DNA of 64,000 bases from NCBI RefSeq assembly GCF_006345805.1, contig NC_043025.1, positions 15,624,001-15,688,000 on the forward strand. The letters are read 5' to 3'. A program made the translations under genes and the position numbers. This DNA comes from Octopus sinensis. Taxonomy: Eukaryota. The first letter of the stretch is position 1; each line of letters opens with the position of its first letter. Below the pieces are notes generated by a model. It was not told the DNA's origin. It searched no databases and saw only the letters and a program-made list of their open reading frames with translations. This document shows positions 50,240 to 64,000 of this stretch, in pieces.

Positions 50240-53200
50240 CCCTTATTGGCTCCCTCATTGGTTCATACATACATAAGACAGTAGGATGTGATTTGAAAGA
50301 GATTTAGCTGCTATTTCAAGCAGGTCTAGTTACCATGTAGAAGTCTCCCTTATTGGCACATGCATACATACATGAAGCTGAAGCTTGATTTGAGGGAGAT
50401 TTGACTGCCATTTCTGCCATGTCTAGCTACCATGTAGGCGTCGTCCTCATTCGCTTGTACATACATACAAGGGGCTGCTAAAAGTTCCTGGTTTTAAGGG
50501 TATCAGGACAGGCCTGGTTGGAGGCCCAACCTTTCGAGCTCTTTTACAGGGCTTAGGAAAACTGAAGGACCCCCTGCAATGAGTGTTTGAACCTGAGAGG
50601 GTAATGTGTTGAATAAAATCCTTCTGTATTTTCTTTTACCTCAAGTCAGGAACTTCTCAGCTTACCCTTGTATACATAAAACGGTGGGGTGATTTGTGGG
50701 AGATTTAGCTGCTATTTCTAGCAGGTCTAGCTACTATGTAGAGGTCTCCCTCATTGGCTCATACATCGATATGTATATACATAAGACTCAAGGGTGTGAT
50801 TTGAGGGAGATTTGGCTGTTATTTCTAGCTAGCTACTGTGTAGAGGTCTCCCTCGTTGGCTCTTACATACATATATACATACAGAAGTCAATAGCGTGTT
50901 ATTTCAAGGAGATTTGGGTGCTATTTCTAGCTACCATGTAGAGGTCTACCTCATTGGTTCATATATACATATATACATACATAAGAGAGTAGGGTGTTGT
51001 TTGAGGGTGATTTGGCTGTTATTTCTAGCAGGTCTAGCTACCATGTAGAGGTCTCCCTCATTGGCTCATACATACATAAGAGAGTAGGGTGTTGTTTGAG
51101 GGAGATCTGGCGGTTATTTCTAGCAGGTCTAACTACCATGTAGAGGTCTCCCTCATTGGCTCATACATACATATATACATACATAAGAGAGTAGGGTGTT
51201 GTTTGAGGGAGATTTGGCTGTTATTTCTAGCAGGTCTAGCTACCATGTAGACGTCTCCCTCATTGGCTCATACATACGTATATACATACATAAGAGAGTA
51301 GGGTGTTGTATGAGGGAGACCTGGCTGTTATTTCTAGCAGGCCTAGCTAGCATGTAGAGGTCTCCCTCATTGGCTCATACATACATATATACATACATAA
51401 GAGAGTAGGGTATTGTTTGAGGGATATTTGGCTGTTATTTCTAGCAGGTCTAGCTACCATGTAGAGGTCTCCCTCATTGGCTCATACATACATATATACA
51501 TACATAAGAGAGTAGGGTGTTGTTTGAGGGAGATTTGGCTGTTCTTTCTAGCAGGTCTACCTACCATATAGAGGTCTCCTTCATTGGTTCATACATACAT
51601 ATATACAAACATAAGAGAGTAGGGTGTTGATTGAGGGAGATCTGGCTGTTATTTCTAGCAGGACTAGCTACCATGTAGAGGTCTCCCTCATTAGCACATA
51701 CATACATATATACATACAAAGAGAGTAGGGTGTTGTTTGAGGGAGATTTGGCTGTTATTTCTACCAGATCTAGCTACCATGTAGAGGTCTCCCTCATTGG
51801 CTCATACATACATATATACATACATAAGAGAGTAGGGTGTTGTTTGAGGGAGATCTGGCTGTTCTTTCTAGCAGGTCTAGCTACCATATAGAGGTCTCCT
51901 TCATTGGTTCATACATACATATATACAAACATAAGAGAGTAGGGTGTTGATTGAGGGAGATCTGGCTGTTATTTCTAGCAGGACTAGCTACCATGTAGAG
52001 GTCTCCCTCATTAGCTCATACATACGTATATACATACATAAGAGAGTAGGGTGTTGTTTGAGGGAGATTTGGCTGTTATTTTACCAGATCTAGCAACCAT
52101 GTAGAGGTCTTCCTCATTGGCTCATACATACATATATACATACATAAGAGAGTAGGGTGTTGTTTGAGGGAGATTTGGCTGTTATTTCTAGCAGGTCTAG
52201 CTACCATGTAGAGGTCTCCCTAATTGGCTCATACATACGTACATATATACATAAGAGAGTAGGGTGTTGTTTGAGGGAGATCTGGCTGTCATTTCTAGCA
52301 GGTCTAGCTACCATGTAGAGGTCTCCCTCATTGGCTCATACATACATACATATATACATAAGAGAGTAGGGTGTTGTTTGAGGGAGATTTGGCTGTTATT
52401 TCTACCAGATATAGCTACCATGTAGAGGTCTTCCTCATTGGCTCATACATACATATATACATACATGAGAGAGTAGGGTATTGTTTGAGGGAGATTTGGC
52501 TGTTATTTCTAGTAGTTCTAGCTACCATGTAGAGGTCTCCCTCATTGGCTCATACGTACATATATACATACATAAGAGAGTAGGGTGTTGTTTGAGGGAG
52601 ATCTGGCTGTCATTTCTAGGAGGTCTAGCTACCATGTAGTGGTCTCCCTCATTGGCTCATACATACATATATACATAAGAGAGTAGGGTGTTGTTTGAGG
52701 GAGATTTGGCCGTTATTTCTAGCAGGTCTAGCTACCATGTAGAGGTCTCCCTCATTGGCTCATACATACATATATACATACATAAGAGAGTAGTGTGTTG
52801 TTTGAGGGAGATCTGGCTGTTATTTCTAGCAGGTCTAGCTACAATGTAGAGGTCTCCCTCATTGGCTCATACAGACATATATACATACATAAGAGAGTAG
52901 GGTGTTGTTTGAGGGAGATTTGGCTGTTATTTCTAGCAGGTCTAGCTACCATGTAGAGGTCTCCTCATTGGCTCATACATACATATATCTTAAATACATA
53001 AGAGAGAAGGGTGTTGTTTGAGGGAAGATTTGGCTGTTATTTCTAGCAGTCTAGCTACCATGAGAGGTCTCCCTCATTGGCTCATACATACTTATATACA
53101 TACATAAGAGAGTAGGGGTTGTTGAAGGAGATTGGCTGTAATTTCTAGCAGGTCTAGCTACCATGTAGAGGTCTCCCTAATTGGCTCATACATACATAAG

Positions 53201-56200
53201 AGAGTAGGGTGTTGTTTGTGGGAGATTTGGCGGTTATTTCTACAGGTCTAGCTACCATGTAGAGGTCTCCCTCATTGGCTCATACATACATATATACATA
53301 TATAAGAGAGTAGGGTGTTGTTTGAGGGAGATCTGGCTGTCATTACTAGCAGGTCAAGCTACCATGTAGAGGTCGCCCTCATTGGCTCATACATATATAT
53401 ACATACATAAAGAGTAGGGTGTTGCTTGAGGAAGATCTAGCTGTTATTCTAGCAGTTCTAGCTACCATGTAGAGGTCTCCCTCAGTGGCTCATACATACA
53501 TATATACATACATAAGAGTAGTAGGTGTTGTTTGAGGGAGATCGGGGCTGTTATTCTAGCAGGTCTAGCTACATGTAGAGGTCTCCCCATTGCTCATACA
53601 TACATATATACATACATTAGAGAGTAGGGTGTTGTTTGAGGGAGATCTGGCTGTTATTTCTAGCAGGTCTAGCTACCATGTAGAGGTCTCCTCATGGCTC
53701 ATACATACATATATACCACATTAGAGGAGAGGTGTTGTTTGAGGGAGATTTGGCTGTTATTTCTAGCAGGTCTAGCTACCATGTAGAGGTCTCCCTCATT
53801 GGCTCATACGTACTTATATACATACATAAGAGAGTAGGGTGTTGTTTGAGGGAGATTTCGCTGTTATTTCTACCAGATCTAGCTACCATGTAGAGGTCTC
53901 CCTCATTGGCTCATACATACATATATACATACGTAAGAGAGTAGGGTGTTGTTTGAGGGAGATTTGGCTGTTATTTCTACCAGATCTAGCTACCATGTAG
54001 AGGTCTCCCTCATTGGCTCATACATACATATATACATACGTAAGAGAGTAGGGTGTTGTTTGAGGGAGATTTGGCTGATATTTCTAGCAGGTCTAGCTAC
54101 CATGTAGAGGTCTCCCTCATTGGCTCATACATACATATATACATACATGAGACAGTAGGGCGTTGTTTGAGGGAGATTGGCTGTTATTTCTACACGGTCT
54201 AGCTACGATGTAGAGGTCTCCCTCATTGGCTAATCATACATATATACATACAATAAGAGAGTAGGGTGTTGTTTGATGGAGATTTGGCTGATATTTCTAG
54301 CAGGTCTAGCTACCATATAGAGGTTGTCCCTCATTGGCTCATACATACGTATATACATACATAAGAGAGTAGGGTGTTGTTGAGAGATTTGGCTGTTATT
54401 TCTACCAGTCTAGCTACCATGTAGAGGTCTCCCTCATTGGCTCATACAACATATATAAATATAATAAGAGAGTAGCGTGTTGTTTGAGAGAGATTTGGCT
54501 GTTATTTCTAGCAGGTCTCTGGCCATGTAGAGGTCTCCCTCATTGGCTCATACATACGTAAGAGAGTAGGTTGTTGTTTGTGGGAGATGTGGCTGTTATT
54601 TGTAGCAGGTCTAGCTACCATGTAGAGGTCTCCCTCATTGGCTCATACATACATATATACATACATAAGAGAGTAGGGTGTTGTTTAAGGGAGATCTGGC
54701 TGTTATTTCTAGCAGATCTAGCTACCATGTAGAGGTCTCCCTCATTGGCTCATACATACATATATATATACGTAAGAGAGTAGGGTGTTGCTTGAGGGAG
54801 ATTTGGCTGATATTTCTAGCAGGTCCAGCTACCATGTAGAGGTCTCCCTCATTGGCTCAAACATACATATATACATACATGAGAGAGTAGGGCGTTGTTT
54901 GAGGGAGATTTGGCTGTTATTTCTAGCAGGTCTAGCTACCATGTAGAGGTCTCCCTCATTGGCTAATACATACATATATACATACATAAGAGAGTAGGGT
55001 GTTGTTTGTGGGAGATTTGGCTGTTATTTCTACCAGGTCTAGCTACCATGTAGAGGTCTCCCTCATTGGCTCATACATACATATATACATATATAAAAGA
55101 GTAGGGTGTTGTTTGAGGGAGATCTGGCTGTCATTACTAGCAGGTCAAGCTACCATGTAGAGGTCGCCCTCATTGGCTCATACATACATATACATACATA
55201 AAAGAGTAGGGTGTTGCTTGAGGAAGATCTAGCTGTTATTTCTAGCAGGTCTAGCTACCATGTAGAGGTCTCCCTCAGTGGCTCATACATACATATATAC
55301 ATACATAAGAGAGTAGGGTGCAATTTGAGGGAGATCTGGCTGTTATTTCTACCAGGTCTAGCTACATGTAGAGGTCTCCTCATTGGCTCATACATACATA
55401 TATACATACATAAGAGAGTAGGTGTTGTTTGAGGGAGATCTGGCTGTATTTCTAGCAGATCTAGCTACCATGTAGAGGTCTCCCTCATTGGCTCATACAT
55501 ACATATATATATACGTAAGAGAGTAGGTGTTGTTGAGGGAGATTTGGCTGTTATTTCTAGCATGTCCAGCTACCATGTAGAGGTCTCCCTCATTGGCTCA
55601 TACATACATATATACATACATGAGAGAGTAGGGTGTTGTTTGAGGGAGATTTGGCTGTTATTTCTAGCAGGTCTAGCTACCATGTAGAGGTCTCCCTCAT
55701 TGGCTAATACATACATATATACATACATAAGAGAGTAGGGTGTTGTTTGAGGGAGATTTGGCTGTTATTTCTACCAGGTCTAGCTACCATGTAGAGGTCT
55801 CCCTCATTGCTCATACATACATATATACATATATAAAAGAGTAGGGGTTGTTTGAGGGAGATCTGGCTGTTATTTCTAGCAGGTCAAGCTACCATGTAGA
55901 GGTCACCCTCATTGGCTCATACATACATATATACCACATAAGAGTAAGAGAGGGTGTTGCTTGAGGAAGATCTAGCTGTTATTTCTAGCAGGTCTAGCTA
56001 CCATGTAGAGGTCTCCCTCAGTGGCTCATACATACATATATACATACATAAGAGAGTAGGGTGCAATTTGAGGGAGATCTGGCTGTTATTTCTACCAGGT
56101 CTAGCTACCGTGTAGAGGTCTCCCTCATTGGCTCATACATACATATATACATACATAAGAGAGTAGGGTGTTGTTTGAGGGAGATCTGGCTGTTATTTCT

Positions 56201-59200
56201 AGCAGGTCTAGCTACCATGTAGAGGTCTCCCTCATTGGCTCATACATACATATATACATACATTAGAGAGTAGGGTGTTGTTTGAGGGAGATTTGGCTGT
56301 TATTTCTTGCAGGTCTAGCTACCATGTAGAGGTCTCCCTCATTGGCTCATACATACATATATACATACATAAGAGAGTAGGGTGTTGTTTGAGGGAGATT
56401 TGCTGTTATTTCTACCAGATCTAGCTACCATGTAGAGGTCTCCCTCATTGGCTCATACATACATATATACATACGTAAGAGAGTAGGGTGTTGTTTGAGG
56501 GAGATTTGGCTGATATTTCTAGCAGGTCTAGCTACCATGTAGAGGTCTCCCTCATTGGCTCATACATACATATATACATACATGAGACAGTAGGGCGTTG
56601 TTTGAGGGAGATTTGGCTGTTATTTCTACCAGGTCTAGCTACGATGTAGAGGTCTCCCTCATTGGCTAATACATACATATATACATACATAAGAGAGTAG
56701 GGTGTTGTTTGATGGAGATTTGGCTGATATTTCTAGCAGGTCTAGCTACCATATAGAGGTGTCCCTCATTGGCTCATACATACGTATATACATACATAAG
56801 AGAGTAGGGTGTTGTTTGAGGGAGATTTGGCTGTTATTTCTACCAAGTCTAGCTACCATGTAGAGGTCTCCCTCATTGGCTCATACATACATATATAAAT
56901 ATACATAAGAGAGTAGCGTGTTGTTTGAGAGAGATTTGGCTGTTATTTCTAGCAGGTCTGGCTACCATGTAGAGGTCTCCCTCATTGGCTCATACATACG
57001 TAAGAGAGTAGGGTGTTGTTTGTGGGAGATGTGGCTGTTATTTGTAGCAGGTCTAGCTACCATGTAGAGGTCTCCCTCATTGGCTCATACATACATATAT
57101 ACATACATAAGAGAGTAGGGTGTTGTTTGAGGGAGATCTGGCTGTTATTTCTAGCAGATCTAGCTACCATGTAGAGGTCTCCCTCATTGGCTCATACATA
57201 CATATATATATACATAAGAGAGTAGGGTGTTGCTTGAGGGAGATTTGGCTGATATTTCTAGCAGGTCTAGCTACTATGTAGAGGTCTCCCTCATTGGCTC
57301 AAACATACATATATACATACATGAGAGAGTAGGGCGTTGTTTGAGGGGGATTTGGCTGTTATATCTACCAGGTCTAGCTACGATGTAGAGGTCTCCCTCA
57401 TTGGCTAATACATACATATATACATACATAAGGGAGTAGGGTGTGTTTGTGAGGAGATTTGGCTGATATTTCTAGCAGGTCTAGCTACCATATAGAGGTG
57501 TCCCTCATTGGCTCATACATACGTATATACATACATAAGAGAGTAGCGTGTTGTTTGAGGGAGATCTGGCTGTTATTTCTACCAGGTCTAGCTACCATGT
57601 AGAGGTCTCCCTCATTGGCTCATACATACATATATAAATACATAAGAGAGTAGGGTGTTGTTTGAGGGAGATTTGGCTGTTATTTCTAGCAGGTCTGGCT
57701 ACCATGTAGAGGTCTCCCTCATTGGCTCATACATACATAAGAGAGTAGGGTGTTGTTTGTGGGAGAATTGGCTGTTATTTGTAGCAGGTCTAGCTACAAT
57801 GTAGAGGTCTCCCTCATTGGCTCATACATACATATATACATACATAAGAGAGTAGGGTGTTGTTTGAGGGAGATTTGGCTGTTATTTCTAGCAGGTCTAG
57901 CAATTACGTAGAGGTCTACCTCATTGGCTCATACATACATATGTACATTCATAAGAGAGTTGGGTGTTGTTTGAGGGAGATTTGGCTTTCATTTCTACCA
58001 GGTCTAGCTACCATGTAGAGGTCTCCCTCATTGGCTCATACATACATATATAAATATACATAAGAGAGTAGGGTGTTGTTTGAGGGAGATTTGGCTGTTA
58101 TTTCTACCAGGTCTAGCTACCATGTAGAGGTCTCCCTCATTGGCTCATACATACATATATACATACATAAGAGAGTAGGGTGTTGTTTGAGGGAGATCTG
58201 GCTGTTATTTCTAGCAGGTCTAGCTACCATGTAGAGGTCTCCCTCATTGGGTCATACATACATATATAAGTCCATAAGAGAGTAGGGTGTTCTTTGAGGG
58301 AGATCTGGCTGTTATTTCTAGCAGGTCTAGTTACCATGTAGAGGTATCCCTCATTGGCTCATACATACATATATACATACATAAGAGAGTAGGGTGTTGT
58401 TTGAGGGAGATTTGGCTGTTATTTCTACCAGATCTAGCCACCATGTAGCGGTCTCCCTCATTGGCTCATACATACATATATACATACATAAGAGAGTAGG
58501 GTGTTGTTTGAGGGAGATTTGGCTGATATTTCTAGCAGGTCTAGTTACCATGTAGAGGTCTCACTCATTGGCTCATACATACATATATACATATAAAAGA
58601 GAGTAGGGTGTTGTTTGAGGGAGATTTGGCTGTTATTTCTAGCAGGTCCAGCTACCATGTAGAGGTCTCCCTCTTTAGCTCATACATACATATATACATA
58701 AATGAGAGAGTAGGGTGTTGTTTGAGAGGAGATTTGGCTGTTATTTCTACCAGGTCTAGCTACCATGTAGAGGTTTCCCTCAATGGCTCATACATACATA
58801 TATACATACATAAGAGAGTAGGGTGTTGTTTGACGGTGATCTGGCTGTTATTTCTACCAGGTCTAGCTACCATGTAGAGGTCTCCCTCACTGGCTCATAC
58901 ATACATATATACATACATAAGAGAGTAGGGTATTGTTTGAGGTAGATCTGGCTGTTATTTCTAGCAGGTCTAGCTACCATGTAGAGGTCTCCCTGATTGG
59001 CTCATACATACATATATACATACATAAGAGAGTAGGGTGTTGTTTGAGGGAGATTTGGCTGTTATTTCTAGCAGGTCTAGCTACCATGTAGAGGTCTCCC
59101 TCATTGGCTCATAAATACATATATACATACATAAGAGAGTAGGGTGTTGTTTGAGGGAGATTTGGCTGTTATTTCTACCAGGTCTAGCTACCATGTGGAG

Positions 59201-62200
59201 GTCTCCCTCATTGGCTCATACATACATAAGAGAGTAGGGTGTTGTTTAAGAGAGATTTGGCTGTTCTTTGTCGCAAGTCTAGCTACCATGTAGAGGTCTC
59301 CCTCATTGGCTCATACATACATATATACGTACATAAGAGAGTAGGGTGTTGTTTGAGGGAAATTTGGCTGTTATTTCTACCAGGTCTAGCTACCATGTAG
59401 AGGTCTCCCTCATTGGCTCATACATACATATTTACATACATAAGAGAGTAGGGTGTTGTTTGAGGGAGATCTGGCTGCTATTTCTACCAGGTCTAGCTAC
59501 CATGTAGAGGTTTCCCTCATTGGCTCATACATACATATATACATACATACGAGAGCAGGGTGTTGTTTGAGGGAGATCTGGCTGTTATTTCTAGCAGGTC
59601 TAGATATCATGTGGAGGTCTACCTCATTGGCTCATACATGCATATGTACATACATAAGAGAGTAGGGTGTTGTTTGAGGGAGATCTGGCTGTTATTTCTA
59701 GCAGGTCTAGCTACCATGTAGTGGTCTCCCTCATTGGCTCATTCATACATATATACATACATAAGAGAGTCGGGTGTTGTTTGAGGGAGATTTGGCTGTC
59801 AATTCTACCAGGTCTAGCTACCATGTAGAGGTCTCCATCATTGGCTCATACATACATATATACGTACATAAGAGAGTAGGGTGTTGTTTGAGGGAGATCT
59901 GGCTGTTCTTTCTAGCAGGTCTAGCTACCATGTAGAGGTCTGCATCATTGGCTCATACATACATATATACGTACATAAGAGAGTAGGGTGTTGTTTGAGG
60001 CTGATCTGGCTGTTATTTCTAGCAGGTCTAGTTACCATGTAGAGGTCTCCCTCATTGGCTCATACATACATATATACATACATGAGAAAGTAGGGTGTTG
60101 TTTGAGGGAGATTTGGCTGTTATTTGTAGCAGGTCTAGCTACCATGTAGAGGTTTCCCTCATTGGCTCATACATACATATATACATACATAAGAGAGTAG
60201 GGTGTTGTTTGAGGGAGATTTGGCTGTTATTTCTACCAGGTCTAGCTACCATGTAGAGGTCTCCCTCATTGGCTCATACATACATATATACATACATAAG
60301 AGAGTAGGGTGTTGTTTGAGGGAGATTTGGCTGTTATTTCTAGCAGGTCTAGCTACCATGTAGAGGTCTCCCTCATTGGCTCATACATACGTATATACAT
60401 ACATAAGAGAGTAGGGTGTTGTTTGAGGGAGATGTGGCTGTTGTTTCTACCAGGTCTAGCTACCATGTAGAGGTCTCCCTCATTGTCTCATACTTACATA
60501 TATAAATAAACATAAGAACGTAGGGTGTTGTTTGAGGGAGATTTGGCTGTTATTTCTAGCAGGTCCAGCTAGCATGTAGAGGTCTCCCTCATTGGCTCAT
60601 ACATACATAAGAGAGTGGGTTGTTGTTTGAGGGAGATCTGGCTGTAATTTCTAGCAGGTCTAGCTACCATGTAGAGGTCTCCCTCATTGGCTCGTAATAC
60701 ATATATACATACATAAGAGAGTAGGGTGTTGTTTGAGGGAGATCTTGCTGTTATTTCTAGCAGGTCTAGCTACCATGTAGAGGTCTCCCTCATTGGCTCA
60801 TACATACATATATACATACATAAGATAGTAGGGTGTTGCTTGAGGGAGATCTGACTGTTATTTCTAGCAGGTCTAGCTACCATGTTGAGGTCTCCCTCAG
60901 TGGCTCATACATACATATATACATACATAAGAGAGTAGGGTGTTCTTTAAGGAAGATTTGGCTGTTATTTCTAAAAGATCTAGCTACCATGTAGAGGTCT
61001 CCCTCATTGGCTCATAAATATATACATACATAAGAGAGTAGGGTGTTGTTTGAGGGAGATTTGGCTGTAATTTCTAGCAGGTCTAGCTACCATGAAGAGG
61101 TCTCCATCATTGGCTCATACATACATATATACATACATTAGAGAGTAGGGTGTTGTTTGAGGGAGATTTGGCTGTTATTTCTACCAGGTCTAGCTACCAT
61201 GTAGAGGTCTCCATCATTGGCTCATACATACATATATACATACATTAGAGAGTAGGGTGTTGTTTGAGGGAGATTTGGCTGTTATTTCTACCAGGTCTAG
61301 CTACCATGTAGAGGTCTCCCTCATTGGCTCATACATACATATATACATACATTAGAGAGTAGGGTGTTGTTTGAGGGAGATTTGGCTGTTATTTCTACCA
61401 GGTCTAGCTACCATGTAGAGGTCTCCCTCATTGGCTCATACATACATATATACATACATTAGAGAGTAGGGTGTTGTTTGAGGGTGATTTGGCTGTTATT
61501 TCTACCAGGTCTAGCTACCATGTAGAGGTCTCCCTCTTTGGCTCATACATACATATATACATACATAAGAGAGTAGGGTGTTGTTTGAGGGAGATCTGGC
61601 TGTTATTTCTACCAGGTCTAGCTACCATGTGGAGGTCTCCCTCATTGGCTTATACATACATAAGAGAGTAGGGTGTTGTTTAAGGGAGTTTTGGCTGTTA
61701 TTTGTAGCAAGTCTAGCTACCATGTAGAGGTCTCCCTCATTGGCTCATACATACATATATACATACATAAGAGAGTAGGGTGTTGTTTGAGGGAATTTGG
61801 CTGTTATTTCTACCAGGTCTAGCTACCATGTAGAGGTCTCCTCATTGGGCTATATATACATATTACATACATAAGAGAGTAGGGTGTTGTTTGAGGGAGA
61901 TCTGGCTGTTATTTCTACCAGGTCTAGCTACCATGTAGAGGTTTGCCTCATTGGCTCATACATACATATATACATACATAAGAGAGTAGGGTGTTGTTTG
62001 AGGGAGATCTGGCTGTTATTTCTAGCAGGTCTAGCTATCATGTAGAGGTCTACCTCATTGGCTCATACATATATATGTACATACATAAGATAGTAGGGTG
62101 TTGTTTGAGGGAGATCTGGCTGTTATTTCTAGCAGGTGTAGCTATTATGTAGAGGTCTACCTCATTGGCTCATACATATATACGTACATACATAAGATAG

Positions 62201-64000
62201 TAGGGTGTTGTTTGAGGGAGATCTGGCTGTTATTTCTAGCAGGTCTAGCTACCATGTAGTGGTCTCCCTCATTGGCTCATTCATACATATATACATACGT
62301 AAGAGAGTCGGGTGATGTTTGAGGGAGATTTGGCTGACATTTCTACCAGGTCTAGCTACCATGTAGAGGTCTCCATCATTGGCTCATACATACATATATA
62401 CGTACATAAGAGAGTAGGGTGTTGTTTGAGAGAGATCTGGCTGCTGTCTAGCTTTAGCTGGTCTATTATGTAGGTCTCCCTCATTGGCTCATACATACAT
62501 ATATACATACAAAAGTGAGTCGGGTGTTGTTTGAGGGACATTTGGCTGTTATTTCTAGCAGGTGTAGCAAACATATAGAGGTGTCCCTCATTGGCTCATA
62601 ACTACATATATACATACATAAGAGAGTAGGGTGTTGTTTGAGGGAGATCTGGCTTTTATTTCTAGCAGGTCTAGCTACCATGTAGAAGTCTCCATCATTG
62701 GCTCATACATACATATATACGTACATAAGACAGTAGGGTGTTGTTTGAGGCTGATCTGGCTGTTATTTCTAGCAGGTCTAGTTACCATGTAGAGGTCTCC
62801 CTCATTGGCTCATACATACATATATACATACAAAAGAGAGTAGGGTGTTGTTTGAGGGAGATTTGGCTGTTATTTCTAGCAGATCTAGCTACCATGTAGA
62901 GGTCTCCCTCATTGGCTCATACATACATAAAAACATACATGAGAAAGTAGGGTGTTGTTTGAGGGAGATTTGGCTGTTATTTGTAGCAGGTCTAGCTACC
63001 ATGTAGAGGTTTCCCTCATTGGCTCATACATACATATATACATACATAAGAGAGTTGGGTGTTGTTTGAGGGAGATGTGGCTGTTATTTCTACCAGGTCT
63101 AGCTACCATGTAGAGGTCTCCCTCATTGGCTGATACATACATATATAAATAAACATAAGAGAGTAGGGTGTTGTTTGAGGGAGATTTGGCTGTTATTTCT
63201 AAAAGATGTAGCTAGCATGTAGAGGTCTCCCTCATTGGCTCATACATACGTAAGAGAGTAGCGTGTTGTTTGAGGGAGATCTGGCTGTGATTTTTAGCAG
63301 GTCTAGCTACCATGTAGAGGTCTCCCTCATTGGCTCATACATACATATATACATACATAAGAGAGTAGGGTGTTGCTTGAGGGAGATTTGGCTGTTATTT
63401 CTAAAAGATGTAACTAGCATGTAGAGGTCTCCCTCATTGGCTCATACATACGTAAGAGAGTAGGGTGTTGTTTGAGGGAGATCTGGCTGTTATTTGTAGC
63501 AGGTCTAGCTACCATGTAGAGGTCTCCCTCAGTGGCTCATACATACATATATACATACATAAGAGAGTAGGGTGTTGTTTGTGGGAGATTTGGCTGTTAT
63601 TTCTACCAGGTCTAGCTACCATGTAGAGGTCTCCCTCATTGGCTCATAATACGTATATACATGCATAAGAGAGTAGGGTGTTGTTTGAGGGAGATCTGGC
63701 TGTTATTTCTAGCAGGTCTAGCTACCATGTAGAGGTCTCCCTCAGTGGCTCATACATACATATATACATACATAAGAGAGTAGTGTGTTGCTTGAGTGAG
63801 ATCTGGCTGTTATTTCTAGCAGGTCTAACTACCATGTAGAGGTCTCCCTCAGTGGATCAAACATACATATATACATACAAAAGAGAGTAGGGTGTTCTTT
63901 GAGGGAGATTTGGCTGTTATTTCTAAAAGATCTAGCTACCATGTAGAGGTCTCCCTCATTGGCTCATACATACATATATACATACATAAGAGATTAGGGT
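50240..64000. repeat. 107-bp satellite, array 2 (~125 copies, opposite orientation to array 1, runs off the window)
   Basis: Monomer GAGAGTAGGGTGTTGTTTGAGGGAGATTTGGCTGTTATTTCTAGCAGGTCTAGCTACCATGTAGAGGTCTCCCTCATTGGCTCATACATACATATATACATACATAA is the reverse complement of the array 1 unit; degenerate copies at 50240-50930. Confidence 0.97.
50468..50670 (+). mobile_element. Mariner-derived MITE inserted in degenerate satellite monomers
   Basis: TA|CAAGGGGCTGCTAAAAGTTCCTG...CAGGAACTTCTCAGCTTACCCTTG|TA; internal relic GL.KLKD...VE* of a transposase C-terminus. Confidence 0.8.

Noticed and set aside
50240-64000. 107-bp array as a CRISPR-like array
   Set aside because: No unique spacers, the whole unit repeats, there are no cas genes, and the context is eukaryotic.

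Overview
Repeat-dense eukaryotic DNA, most likely from an octopus. That assignment is inferred from recalled cephalopod-type tRNA-headed SINE families and long (CA)/(TA)/(CATA) tracts; it was not checked against a database. No complete protein-coding gene is recognisable. Nearly all listed ORFs are microsatellite translations, and the only protein-like ORFs are decayed transposon fragments (two mariner transposases, two RTE 3' ends, one CR1 3' end). A few possible host exons are flagged at low confidence. The window holds five SINE-like families, three non-autonomous Helitrons, MITEs with TTAA, TA and 8-bp target duplications, and several tandem arrays. The largest is a 107-bp satellite in two oppositely oriented arrays (14.8-17.4 kb; 50.2 kb to the window end), with higher-order structure and an apparent origin in a dispersed repeat. 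The strongest find is a type I hammerhead ribozyme with an intact catalytic core at 35525-35607. Nearby are an inverted pair of variant-core hammerhead-like motifs and further relics, all resembling Penelope-like element hammerheads. Also notable is a degenerate ~345-bp tandem array at 30.1-32.1 kb whose units carry minus-strand splice signals. Most repeat boundaries were read by eye and are approximate.
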